Source: Leptogorgia sarmentosa
Taxonomy: Eukaryota
Direction of reading: 5' to 3'
Assembly: GCA_964658305.1 (NCBI GenBank)
Contig: OZ210884.1
Span: 2,294,001-2,358,000, forward strand
Length of the DNA: 64,000 bases
The position numbers and the translations under genes are program-made. Below, piece by piece: positions 12,170-25,760 of the stretch. How positions within the stretch are numbered: position 1 is the first letter of the stretch; every line of letters begins with the position of its first letter. Below the pieces are notes generated by a model. The model saw nothing but the letters and a program-made list of their open reading frames with translations. It had not been told where the DNA came from and ran no database searches.

Positions 12170-15100
12170 TTTGAAACAACGGGCTACCCATCATAATGCC
12201 CTTGCTCGTATTTTTATAACAGGTTTACGAAATTTACGCTGTACATTGCTCTTGGCGATGGTGAATACGCATGGTAAATTTGGTGGCGACACCATTCAAA
12301 ATGGAAGCCACAGAAGCAATCAAGTCCCTTCACCTGGTATGGTATATTTGCTATTGCTATTGCTCCTGTTGAGATTCCTTTGAAACAACGGGCTACCCAT
12401 CATCATGCCCTTGCTCGTATTTTTATCACAGGTTTACGAAATTTTCGCTGCACATTGCTCTTGGCATGGTGAATACGCATGGTAAATTTGGTGGCGACAC
12501 CATTCAAAATGGAAGCCACAGAAGCAATCAAGTCCCCTCACCTGGTATGGTGTATTTGCTATTGCTATTGCTCCTGTTGAGATTCCTTTGAAACAACGGG
12601 CTACCCATCATCATGCCCTTGCTCGTATTTTTATCACAGGTTTACGAAATTTTCGCTGCACATTGCTCTTGGCATGGTGAATACACATGGTAAATTTTGT
12701 GGCGACACCATTTAAAATGGATGCCACAGAAGCAATCAAGTCCCTTCACCTGGTATGGTATATTTGCTATTGCTATTGCTCCTGTTGAGATTCCTTTGAA
12801 ACAACGGGCTACCCATCATCATGCCCTTGCTAGTATTTTTATCACAGGTTTACGAAATTTTCGCTGCACATTGCTCTTGGCATGGTGAAAACGCATGGTA
12901 AATTTGGTGGCGACACCATTCAAAATGGAAGCCACAGAAGCAATCAAGTCCCTTCACCTGGTATGGTATATTTGCTATTGCTATTGCTCCTGTTGAGATT
13001 CCTTTGAAACAACGGGCTACCCATCATCATGCCCTTGCTCGTATTTTTATCACAGGTTTACGAAATTTTCGCTGCACATTGCTCTTGGCATGGTGAATAC
13101 GCATGGTAAATTTGCTGGCGACACCATTCAAAATGGAAGCCACAGAAGCAATCAAGTCCCTTCACCTGGTATGGTATATTTGCTATTGCTATTGCTCCTG
13201 TTGAGATTACTTTGAAACAACGGGCTACCCATCATCATGCCCTTGCTCGTATTTTTATCAAGGCTTTACGAAATTTTCGCTGCACATTGCTCTTGGCATG
13301 GTGAATACGCATGGTAAATTTGGTGGCGACACCATTTAAAATGGATGCCACAGAAGCAATCAAGTCCCTTCACCTGGTATGGTATATTTGCTATTGCTAT
13401 TGCTCCTGTTGAGATTCCTTTGAAACAACGGGCTACCCATCATCATGCCCTTGCTAGTATTTTTATCACAGGTTTACGAAATTTTCGCTGCACATTGCTC
13501 TTGGCATGGTGAAAACGCATGGTAAATTTGGTGGCGACACCATTCAAAATGGAAGCCACAGAAGCAATCAAGTCCCTTCACCTGGTATGGTATATTTGCT
13601 ATTGCTATTGCTCCTGTTGAGATTCCTTTGAAACAACGGGCTACCCATCATCATGCCCTTGCTCGTATTTTTATCACAGGTTTACGAAATTTTCGCTGCA
13701 CATTGCTCTTGGCATGGTGAATACGCATGGTAAATTTGCTGGCGACACCATTCAAAATGGAAGCCACAGAAGCAATCAAGTCCCTTCACCTGGTATTGTG
13801 TATTTGCTATTGCTATTGCTCCTGTTGAGATTCCTTTGAAACAACGGGCTACCCATCATCATGTCCTTGCTCGTATTTTTATCACAGGTTTACGAAATTT
13901 TCGCTGCACATTGCTCTTGGCATGGTGAATACGCATGGTAAATTCGGTAGCGACACCATTCAAAATGGAAGCCACAGAAGCAATCAAGTCCCTTCACCAG
14001 GTATGGTATATTTGCTATTGCTATTGCTCCTGTTGAGATTACTTTGAAACAACGGGCTACCCATCATCATGCCCTTGCTCGTATTTTTATAACAGGTTTA
14101 CGAAATTTTCGCTGTACGTTGCTCTTGGCATGGTGAATACGCATGGTAAATTTGGTGGCGACACCATTCAAAATGGAAGCCACAGAAGCTTTCAAGTCCC
14201 TTCACCTGGTATGGTATATTTGCTATTGCTATTGCTCCTGTTGAGATTCCTTTGAAACAACGGGCTACCCATCATCATGTCCTTGCTCGTATTTTTATCA
14301 CAGGTTTACGAAATTTTCGCTGCTCATTGCTCTTGGCATGGTGAATACGCATGGTAAATTCGGTAGCGACACCATTCAAAATGGAAGCCACAGAAGCAAT
14401 CAAGTCCCTTCACCTGGTATGGTATCTTTGCTATTGCTCCTGTTGAGATTCCTTGGAAACAACGGGCTACCCATCATCATGCACTTGCTCGTATTTTTAT
14501 CACAGGTTTACCAAATTTACGCTGCGCATTGCTCTTGGCATGGTGAATACGCATGGTAAATTTGGTGGCGACACCAGTCAAAATGGAAGCCACAGAAGCA
14601 ATCAAGTCCCTTCACCTGGTATGGTATCTTTGCTATTGCTCCTGTTGAGATTCCTTTGAAACAACGGGCTACCCATCATAATGCCCTTGCTCGTATTTTT
14701 ATAACAGGTTTACGAAATTTACGCTGTACATTGCTCTTGGCGATGGTGAATACGCATGGTAAATTTGGTGGCGACACCATTCAAAATGGAAGCCACAGAA
14801 GCAATCAAGTCCCTTCACCTGGTATGGTATATTTGCTATTGCTATTGCTCCTGTTGAGATTCCTTTGAAACAACGGGCTACCTATCATCATGCCCTTGCT
14901 CGTATTTTTATCACAGGTTTACGAAATTTTCGCTGCACATTGCTCTTGGCATGGTGAATACGCATGGTAAATTTGGTGGCGACACCATTCAAAATGGAAG
15001 CCACAGAAGCAATCAAGTCCCCTCACCTGGTATGGTGTATTTGCTATTGCTATTGCTCCTGTTGAGATTCCTTTGAAACAACGGGCTACCCATCATCATG

Positions 15101-15620
15101 CCCTTGCTCGTATTTTTATCACAGGTTTACGAAATTTTCGCTGCACATTGCTCTTGGCATGGTGAATACGCATGGTAAATTTTGTGGCGACACCATTTAA
15201 AATGGATGCCACAGAAGCAATCAAGTCCCTTCACCTGGTATGGTATATTTGCTATTGCTATTGCTCCTGTTGAGATTCCTTTGAAACAACGGGCTACCCA
15301 TCATCATGCCCTTGCTAGTATTTTTATCACAGGTTTACGAAATTTTCGCTGCACATTGCTCTTGGCATGGTGAAAACGCATGGTAAATTTGGTGGCGACA
15401 CCATTCAAAATGGAAGCCACAGAAGCAATCAAGTCCCTTCACCTGGTATGGTATATTTGCTATTGCTATTGCTCCTGTTGAGATTCCTTTGAAACAACGG
15501 GCTACCCATCATCATGCCCTTGCTCGTATTTTAATCACAGGTTTACGAAATTTTCGCTGCACATTGCTCTTGGCATCGTGAATACGCATGGTAAATTTGC
15601 TGGCGACACCATTCAAAATG
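12170..15620. repeat. Block duplication at 2485 bp (12-monomer) offset, with a nested 624 bp 3-mer duplication
   Basis: Identical ORF pairs 12171/14656 and 12697/15182. CCCCTCA at ~12535/15020. TTTAAAATGGATGCC at ~12711, 13335 and 15196. Confidence 0.8.
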
Positions 15621-16879
15621 GAAGCCACAGAAGCAATCAAGTCCCTTCACCTGGTATTGTGTATTTGCTATTGCTATTGCTCCTGTTGAGATTCCTTTGA
15701 AACAACGGGCTACCCATCATCATGTCCTTGCTCGTATTTTTATCACAGGTTTACGAAATTTTCGCTGCACATTGCTCTTGGCATGGTGAATACGCATGGT
15801 AAATTCGGTAGCGACACCATTCAAAATGGAAGCCACAGAAGCAATCAAGTCCCTTCACCTGGTATGGTATATTTGCTATTGCTATTGCTCCTGTTGAGAT
15901 TACTTTGAAACAACGGGCTACCCATCATCATGCCCTTGCTCGTATTTTTATCAAGGGTTTACGAAATTTTCGCTGCACATTGCCCTTGGCATGGTGAATA
16001 CGCATGGTAAATTTAGTGGCGACACCATTCAAAATGGAAGCCACAGAAGCAATCAAGTCCCTTCACCTGGTATGGTATATTAGCTATTGCTATTGCTCCT
16101 GTTGAGATTACTTTGAAACAACGGGCTACCCATCATCATGCCCTTGCTCGTATTTTTATCACAGGTTTACGAAATTTTCGCTGTACGTTGCTCTTGGCAT
16201 GGTGAATACGCATGGTAAATTTGGTGGCGACACCATTCAAAATGGAAGCCACAGAAGCAATCAAGTCCCTTCACCTGGTATGGTATATTTGCTATTGCTA
16301 TTGCTCCTGTTGAGATTCCTTTGAAACAACGGGCTACCCATCATCATGTCCTTGCTCGTATTTTTATCACAGGTTTACGAAATTTTCGCTGCACATTGCT
16401 CTTGGCATGGTGAATACGCATGGTAAATTCGGTAGCGACACCATTCAAAATGGAAGCCACAGAAGCAATCAAGTCCCTTCACCTGGTATGGTATATTTGC
16501 TATTGCTATTGCTCCTGTTGAGATTCCTTTGAAACAACGGGCTACCCATCATCAAGCCCTTGCTCGTATTTTTATCACAGGTTTACGAAATTTTCGCTGC
16601 ACATTGCTCTTGGCATGGTGAATACTCATGGTAAATTTGATGGCGACACCATTCAAAATGGAAGCCACAGAAGCAATCAAGTCCCTTCACCTGGTATGGT
16701 ATATTTGCTATTGCTATTGCTCCTGTTGAGATTCCTTTGAAACAACGGGCTACCCATCATCATGCCCTTGCTCGTATTTTTATCACAGGTTTACGAAATT
16801 TTCGCTGCACATTGCTCTTGGCATGGTGAATACGCATGGTAAATTTGGTGGCGACACCATTCAAAATGGAAGCCACAGA

Positions 16880-17681
16880 AGCAATCAAATCCCTTCACCT
16901 GGTATGGTGTACTTGCTATTGCTATTGCTCCTGTTGAGATTCCTTTGAAACAACGGGCTACCCATCATCATGCCCTTGCTCGAATTTTTATCACAGGTTT
17001 ACGAAATTTTCACTGCACATTGCTCTTAGCATGGTGAATACGCAACGTAAATTTGGTGGCGACACCATTCAAAATGGAAGCCACAGAAGCAATCAAGTCC
17101 CTTCACCTGGTATGGTATATTTGCTATTGCTATTGCTCCTGTTGAGATTCCTTTGAAACAACGGGCTACCCATCATCATGCCCTTGCTCGTATTTTTATC
17201 ACAGGTTTACGAAATTTTCGCTGCACATTGCTCTTGGCATGTTGAATACGCATGGGAAATTTGGTGTCGACACCATTACAAGCAATCAAATCCCTTCACC
17301 TGGTATGGTGTACTTGCTATTGCTATTGCTCCTGTTGAGATTCCTTTGAAACAACGGGCTACCCATCATCATGCCCTTGCTCGAATTTTTATCACAGGTT
17401 TACGAAATTTTCACTGCACATTGCTCTTAGCATGGTGAATACGCAACGTAAATTTGGTGGCGACACCATTCAAAATGGAAGCCACAGAAGCAATCAAGTC
17501 CCTTCACCTGATATGGTATATTTGCTATTGCTATTGCTCCTGTTGAGATTCCTTTGAAACAACGGGCTACCCATCATTATGCCCTTGCTCGTATTTTTAA
17601 TACAGGTTTACGAAATTTTCGCTGCACATTGCTCTTGGCATGGTGAATACGCATGGGAAATTTGGTGTCGACACCATTCAA
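16880..17681. repeat. Out-of-register 401 bp tandem duplication producing one monomer shortened by 15 bp
   Basis: Rare variants recur at exactly +401: AGCAATCAAAT 16880/17281, CGAATTTTTA 16981/17382, CGCAACGTAA 17041/17442, GGGAAATTTGGTGTCGAC 17254/17655. The junction reads CACCATT-AC-AAGCAATC at 17271-17287. Confidence 0.88.
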
Positions 17682-20629
17682 AATGGAAGCCACAGAAGCA
17701 ATCAAGTCCCTTCACTTGGTATGGTATATTTGCTATTGCTATTGCTCCTGTTGAGATTCCTTTGAAACAACGGGCTACCCATCATCATGCCCTTGCTCGT
17801 ATTTTTATTACAGGTTTACCAAATTTACGCTGCGCATTGCTCTTGGCATGGTGAATACGCATGGTAAATTTGGTGGCGACACCAGTCAAAATGGAAGCCA
17901 CAGAAGCAATCAAGTCCCTTCACCTGGTATGGTATCTTTGCTATTGCTCCTGTTGAGATTCCTTTGAAACAACGGGCTACCCATCATCATGCACTTGCTC
18001 GTATTTTTATCACCGGTTTACCAAATTTACGCTGCGCATTGCTCTTGGCATGGTGAATACGCATGGTAAATTTGGTGGCGACACCAGTCAAAATGGAAGC
18101 CACAGAAGCAATCAAGTCCCTTCACCTGGTATGGTATCTTTGCTATTGCTCCTGTTGAGATTCCTTTGAAACAACGGGCTACCCATCATCATGCCCTTGC
18201 TCGTATTTTTATCACAGGTTTACGAAATTTACGCTGCACATTGCTCTTGGCATGGTGAATACGCATGGTAAATTTGGTGGCGACATCATTCAAAATGGAA
18301 GCCACAGAAGCAATCAAGTCCCTTCACCTGGTATGGTATATTTGCTATTGCTATTGCTCCTGTTGAGATTCCTTTGAAGCAACGGGCTACCCATCATCAT
18401 GCCCTTGCTCGTATTTTTATCACAGGTTTACGAAATTTTCGCTGCACATTGCTCTTGGCATGGTGAATACGTATGGTAAATTTGGTGGCGACACCATTCA
18501 AAATGGAAGCTACAGAAGCAATCAAGTCCCTTCACCTGGTATGGTATCTTTGCTATTGCTCCTGGTGAGATTCCTTTGAAACAACGGGCTACCCATCATC
18601 ATGCTCTTGCTCGTATTTTTATCACAGGTTTACGAAATTTTCGCTGCACATTGCTCTTGGCATGGTGAATACGCATGGTAAATTCGGTGGCGACACCATT
18701 CAAAATCGAAGCCACAGAAGCAATCAAGTCCCTTCTCCTGGTATGGTAAATTTGCTATTGCTCCTGTTGAGATTCCTTTGAAACAACGGGCTACCCATCA
18801 TCATGCCCTTGCTCGTATTTTTATCCCAGGTTTACGAAATTTACGCTGCACATTGCTCTTGGCATGGTGAATACGCATGGTAAATTTGGTGGCGACACCA
18901 TTCAAAATGGAAGCCACAGAAGCAATCAAGTCCCTTCACCTGGTATGGTATATTTGCTATTGCTATTGCTCCTGGTGAGATTCCTTTGAAACAACGGGCT
19001 ACCCATCATCATGCCCTTGCTCGTATTTTTATCACAGGTTTACGAAATTTTCGCTGCACATTGCTCTTGGCATGGTGAATACGCATGGTAAATTCGGTGG
19101 CGACACCATTCAAAATCGAAGCCACAGAAGCAATCAAGTCCCTTCTCCTGGTATGGTAAATTTGCTATTGCTCCTGTTGAGATTCCTTTGAAACAACGGG
19201 CTACCCATCATCATGCCCTTGCTCGTATTTTTATCCCAGGTTTACGAAATTTACGCTGCACATTGCTCTTGGCATGGTGAATAGGCATGGTAAATTTGGT
19301 GGCGACACCATTCAAAATGGAAGCCACAGAAGCAATCAAGTCCCTTCACCTGGTATGGTATATTTGCTATTGCTATTGCTCAAGTTGAGATTCCTTTGAA
19401 ACAACGGGCTACCCATCATCATGCCCTTGCTCGTATTTTTATCACAGGTTTACGAAATTTTCGCTGCACATTGCTCTTGGCATGGGAATACGCATGGTAA
19501 ATTTGGTGGCGACACCATTCAAAATGGAAGCCACAGAAGCAATCAAGTCCCTTCACCTGGTATGGTATATTTGCTATTGCTATTGCTCCTGTTGAGATTC
19601 CTTTGAAACAACGGGCTACCCATCATCATGCCCTTGCTCGTATTTTTATCACAGGTTTACGAAATTTTTGCTGCACATTGCTCTTGGCATGGTGAATACG
19701 CATGGTAAATTTGGTGGCGACACCATTCAAAATGGAAGCCACAGAAGCAATCAAGTCCCTTCACCTGGTATGGTATATTTGCTATTGCTATTGCTCCTGT
19801 TGAGATTCCTTTGAAACAACGGGCTACCCATCATCATGCCCTTGCTCGTATTTTTATCACAGGTTTACGAATTTTGGCTGCGCATTGCTCTTGGCATGGT
19901 GAATACGCATGGTAAATTTGGTGGCGACACCATTCAAAATGGAAGCCACAGAAGCAGTCAAGTCCCTTCACCTGGGATGGTATATTTGCTATTGCTATTG
20001 CTCTTGTTGAGATTCCTTTGAAACAACGGGCTACCCATCATCATGCCCTTGCTCGTATTTTTATCACAGGTTTACGAAATTTTCGCTGCGCATTGCTCTT
20101 GGCATGGTGAATACGCATGGTAAATTTGGTGGCGACACCATTCAAAATGGAAGCCACAGAAGCAATCAAGTCCCTTCTCCTGGTATGGTATATTTGCTAT
20201 TGCTCCTGTTGAGATTCCTTTGAAACAACGGGCTACCCATCATAATGCCCTTGCTCGTATTTTTATAACAGGTTTACGAAATTTACGCTGTACATTGCTC
20301 TTGGCGATGGTGAATACGCATGGTAAATTTGGTGGCGACACCATTCAAAATGGAAGCCACAGAAGCAATCAAGTCCCTTCACCTGGTATGGTATATTTGC
20401 TATTGCTCCTGTTGAGATTCCTTTGAAACAACGGGCTACCAATCATCATGCCCTTGCTCGTATTTTTATCACAGGTTTACGAAATTTACGCTGCACATTG
20501 CTCTTGGAATGGTGAATACGCATGGTGAATTTGGTGGCGACACCATTCAAAATGGAAGCCACAGAAGCAGTCAAGTCCCTTCACCTGGTATGGTATATTT
20601 GCTATTGCTATTGCTCCTGTTTAGATTCC

Positions 20630-23600
20630 TTTGAAACAACGGGCTACCCATCATCATGCCCTTGCTCGTATTTTTATCACAGGTTTACGAAATCTACGCT
20701 GCACATTGCTCTTGGCATGGTCAATACGCATGGTAAATTTGGTGGCGACACCATTCAAAATGGAAGCCACAGAAGCAATCAAGTCCCTTCACCTGGTATG
20801 GTATATTTGCTATTGCTCCTGTTGAGATTCCTTTGAAACAACGGGCTACCCATCATCAAGCCCTTGCTCGTATTTTTATCACAGGTTTACGAAATTTTCG
20901 CTGCACATTGCCCTTGGCATGGTGAATACGCATGGTAAATTTGGTGGCGACACCATTCAAAATAGAAGCCACAGAAGCAATCAAGTCCCTTCACCTGGTT
21001 TGGTATATTTGCTATTGCTATTGCTCCTGTTGAGATTCCTTTGAAACAACGGGCTACCCATCATCATGCCCTTGCTCGTATTTTTATCACAGGTTTACGA
21101 AATTTTCGCTGCACATTGCCCTTGGCATGGTGAATACGCATGGTAAATTTAGTGGCGACACCATTCAAAATGGAAGCCACAGAAGCAATCAAGTCCCTTC
21201 ACCTGGTATGGTATATTTGCTATTGCTATTGCTCCTGTTGAGATTACTTTGAAACAACGGGCTACCCATCATCATGCCCTTGCTCGTATTTTTATCACAG
21301 GTTTACGAAATTTTCGCTGTACATTGCTCTTGGCATGGTGAATACGCATGTTAAATTTGGTGGCGACACCATTCAAAATGGAAGCCACAGAAGCAATCAA
21401 GTCCCTTCACCTGGTATGGTATATTTGCTATTGCTATTGCTCCTGTTGAGATTCCTTTGAAACAACGGGCTACCCATCATCATGCCCTTGCTCGTATTTT
21501 TATCACAGGTTTACGAAATTTTCGCTGCACATTGCTCTTGGCATGGTGAATACGCATGGTAAATTTGCTGGCGACACCATTCAAAATGGAAGCCACAGAA
21601 GCAATCAAGTCCCTTCACCTGGTATGGTATATTTGCTATTGCTATTGCTCCTGTTGAGATTCCTTTGAAACAACGGGCTACCCATCATCATGCCCTTGCT
21701 CGTATTTTTATCACAGGTTTACGAAATTTTCGCTGCACATTGCTCTTGGCATGGTGAATACGCATGGTAAATTTGGTGGCGACACCATTCAAAATGGAAG
21801 CCACAGAAGCAATCAAGTCCCTTCACCTGGTATGGTATATTTGCTATTGCTATTGCTCCTGTTGAGATTCCTTTGAAACAACGGGCTACCCATCATCATT
21901 CCCTTGCTCGTATTTTTATTACAGGTTTACCAAATTTACGCTGCGCATTGCTCTTGGCATGGTGAATACGCATGGTAAATTTGGTGGCGACACCAGTCAA
22001 AATGGAAGCCACAGAAGCAATCAAGTCCCTTCACCAGGTATGGTATCTTTGCTATTGCTCCTGTTGAGATTCCTTTGAAACAACGGGCTACCCATCATCA
22101 TGCACTTGCTCGTATTTTTATCACCGGTTTACCAAATTTACGCTGCGCATTGCTCTTGGCATGGTGAATACGCATGGTAAATTTGGTGGCGACACCAGTC
22201 AAAATGGAAGCCACAGAAGCAATCAAGTCCCTTCACCTGGTATGGTATCTTTGCTATTGCTCCTGTTGAGATTCCTTTGAAACAACGGGCTACCCATCAT
22301 CATGCCCTTGCTCGTATTTTTATCACAGGTTTACCAAATTTACGCTGCACATTGCTCTTGGCATGGTGAATACGCATGGTAAATTTGGTGGCGACACCAT
22401 TCAAAATGGAAGCCACAGAAGCAATCAAGTCCCTTCACCGGGTATGGTATATTTGCTATTGCTATTGCTCCTGTTGAGATTCCTTTGAAGCAACGGGCTA
22501 CCCATCATCATGCCCTTGCTCGTATTTTTATCACAGGTTTACGAAATTTTCGCTGCACATTGCTCTTGGCATGGTGAATACGCATGGTAAATTTGGTGGC
22601 GACACCATTCAAAATGGAAGCTACAGAAGCAATCAAGTCCCTTCACCTGGTATGGTATCTTTGCTATTGCTCCTGTTGAGATTCCTTTGAAACAACGGGC
22701 TACCCATCATAATGCCCTTGCTCGTATTTTTATAACAGGTTTACGAAATTTACGCTGTACATTGCTCTTGGCGATGGTGAATACGCATGGTAAATTTGGT
22801 GGCGACACCATTCAAAATGGAAGCCACAGAAGCAATCAAGTCCCTTCACCTGGTATGGTATATTTGCTATTGCTCCTGTTGAGATTCCTTTGAAACAACG
22901 GGCTACCAATCATCATGCCCTTGCTCGTATTTTTATCACAGGTTTACGAAATTTACGCTGCACATTGCTCTTGGCATGGTGAATACGCATGGTGAATTTG
23001 GTGGCGACACCATTCAAAATGGAAGCCACAGAAGCAGTCAAGTCCCTTCACCTGGTATGGTATATTTGCTATTGCTATTGCTCCTGTTGAGATTCCTTTG
23101 AAACAACGGGCTACCCATCATCATGCCCTTGCTCGTATTTTTATCACAGGTTTACGAAATTTTCGCTGCGCATTGCTCTTGGCATGGTGAATACGCATGG
23201 TAAATTTGGTGGCGACACCATTCAAAATGGAAGCCACAGAAGCAATCAAGTCCCTTCTCCTGGTATGGTATATTTGCTATTGCTCCTGTTGAGATTCCTT
23301 TGAAACAACGGGCTACCCATCATCATGCCCTTGCTCGTATTTTTATCACAGGTTTACGAAATCTACGCTGCACATTGCTCTTGGCATGGTCAATACGCAT
23401 GGTAAATTTGGTGGCGACACCATTCAAAATGGAAGCCACAGAAGCAATCAAGTCCCTTCACCTGGTATGGTATATTTGCTATTGCTCCTGTTGAGATTCC
23501 TTTGAAACAACGGGCTACCCATCATCAAGCCCTTGCTCGTATTTTTATCACAGGTTTACGAAATTTTCGCTGCACATTGCCCTTGGCATGGTGAATACGC

Positions 23601-25760
23601 ATGGTAAATTTGGTGGCGACACCATTCAAAATGGAAGCCACAGAAGCAATCAAGTCCCTTCACCTGGTATGGTATATTTGCTATTGCTATTGCTCCTGTT
23701 GAGATTACTTTGAAACAACGGGCTACCCATCATCATGCCCTTGCTCGTATTTTTATCACAGGTTTACGAAATTTTCGCTGCACATTGCCCTTGGCATGGT
23801 GAATACGCATGGTAAATTTAGTGGCGACACCATTCAAAATGGAAGCCACAGAAGCAATCAAGTCCCTTCACCTGGTATGGTATATTTGCTATTGCTATTG
23901 CTCCTGTTGAGATTACTTTGAAACAACGGGCTACCCATCATCATGCCCTTGCTCGTATTTTTATCACAGGTTTACGAAATTTTCGCTGTACATTGCTCTT
24001 GGCATGGTGAATACGCATGTTAAATTTGGTGGCGACACCATTCAAAATGGAAGCCACAGAAGCAATCAAGTCCCTTCACCTGGTATGGTATATTTGCTAT
24101 TGCTATTGCTCCTGTTGAGATTCCTTTGAAACAACGGGCTACCCATCATCATGCCCTTGCTCGTATTTTTATCACAGGTTTACGAAATTTTCGCTGCACA
24201 TTGCTCTTGGCATGGTGAATACGCATGGTAAATTTGCTGGCGACACCATTCAAAATGGAAGCCACAGAAGCAATCAAGTCCCTTCACCTGGTATGGTATA
24301 TTTGCTATTGCTATTGCTCCTGTTGAGATTCCTTTGAAACAACGGGCTACCCATCATCATGCCCTTGCTCGTATTTTTATCACAGGTTTACGAAATTTTC
24401 GCTGCACATTGCTCTTGGCATGGTGAATACGCATGGTAAATTTGGTGGCGACACCATTCAAAATGGAAGCCACAGAAGCAATCAAGTCCCTTCACCTGGT
24501 ATGGTATATTTGCTATTGCTATTGCTCCTGTTGAGATTCCTTTGAAACAACGGGCTACCCATCATCATGCCCTTGCTCGTATTTTTATTACAGGTTTACC
24601 AAATTTACGCTGCGCATTGCTCTTGGCATGGTGAATACGCATGGTAAATTTGGTGGCGACACCAGTCAAAATGGAAGCCACAGAAGCAATCAAGTCCCTT
24701 CACCAGGTATGGTATCTTTGCTATTGCTCCTGTTGAGATTCCTTTGAAACAACGGGCTACCCATCATCATGCCCTTGCTCGTATTTTTATCACAGGTTTA
24801 CGAAATTTTCGCTGCACATTGCTCTTGGCATGGTGAATACGCATGGTAAATTTGGTGGCGACACCATTCAAAATGGAAGCCACAGAAGCAATCAAGTCCC
24901 TTCACCTGGTATGGTATATTTGCTATTGCTATTGCTCCTGTTGAGATTCCTTTGAAACAACGGGCTACCCATCATCATGCCCTTGCTCGTATTTTTATTA
25001 CAGGTTTACCAAATTTACGCTGCGCATTGCTCTTGGCATGGTGAATACGCATGGTAAATTTGGTGGCGACACCAGTCAAAATGGAAGCCACAGAAGCAAT
25101 CAAGTCCCTTCACCAGGTATGGTATCTTTGCTATTGCTCCTGTTGAGATTCCTTTGAAACAACGGGCTACCCATCATCATGCACTTGCTCGTATTTTTAT
25201 CACCGGTTTACCAAATTTACGCTGCGCATTGCTCTTGGCATGGTGAATACGCATGGTAAATTTGGTGGCGACACCAGTCAAAATGGAAGCCACAGAAGCA
25301 ATCAAGTCCCTTCACCTGGTATGGTATCTTTGCTATTGCTCCTGTTGAGATTCCTTTGAAACAACGGGCTACCCATCATCATGCCCTTGCTCGTATTTTT
25401 ATCACAGGTTTACCAAATTTACGCTGCACATTGCTCTTGGCATGGTGAATACGCATGGTAAATTTGGGGGCGACACCATTCAAAATGGAAGCCACAGAAG
25501 CAATCAAGTCCCTTCACCGGGTATGGTATATTTGCTATTGCTATTGCTCCTGTTGAGATTCCTTTGAAGCAACGGGCTACCCATCATCATGCCCTTGCTC
25601 GTATTTTTATCACAGGTTTACGAAATTTTCGCTGCACATTGCTCTTGGCATGGTGAATACGCATGGTAAATTTGGTGGCGACACCATTCAAAATGGAAGC
25701 TACAGAAGCAATCAAGTCCCTTCACCTGGTATGGTATCTTTGCTATTGCTCCTGGTGAGA
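20630..25760. repeat. Block duplication at ~2669 bp (13-monomer) offset, second copy with an extra 410 bp dimer
   Basis: ORF pair 20631/23300 (AATCTACG..GGTCAATAC monomer). TCACCAGG at ~22031, 24700 and 25110. TTCACCGG and TTGAAGCAAC recur at ~+3079. Confidence 0.78.
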
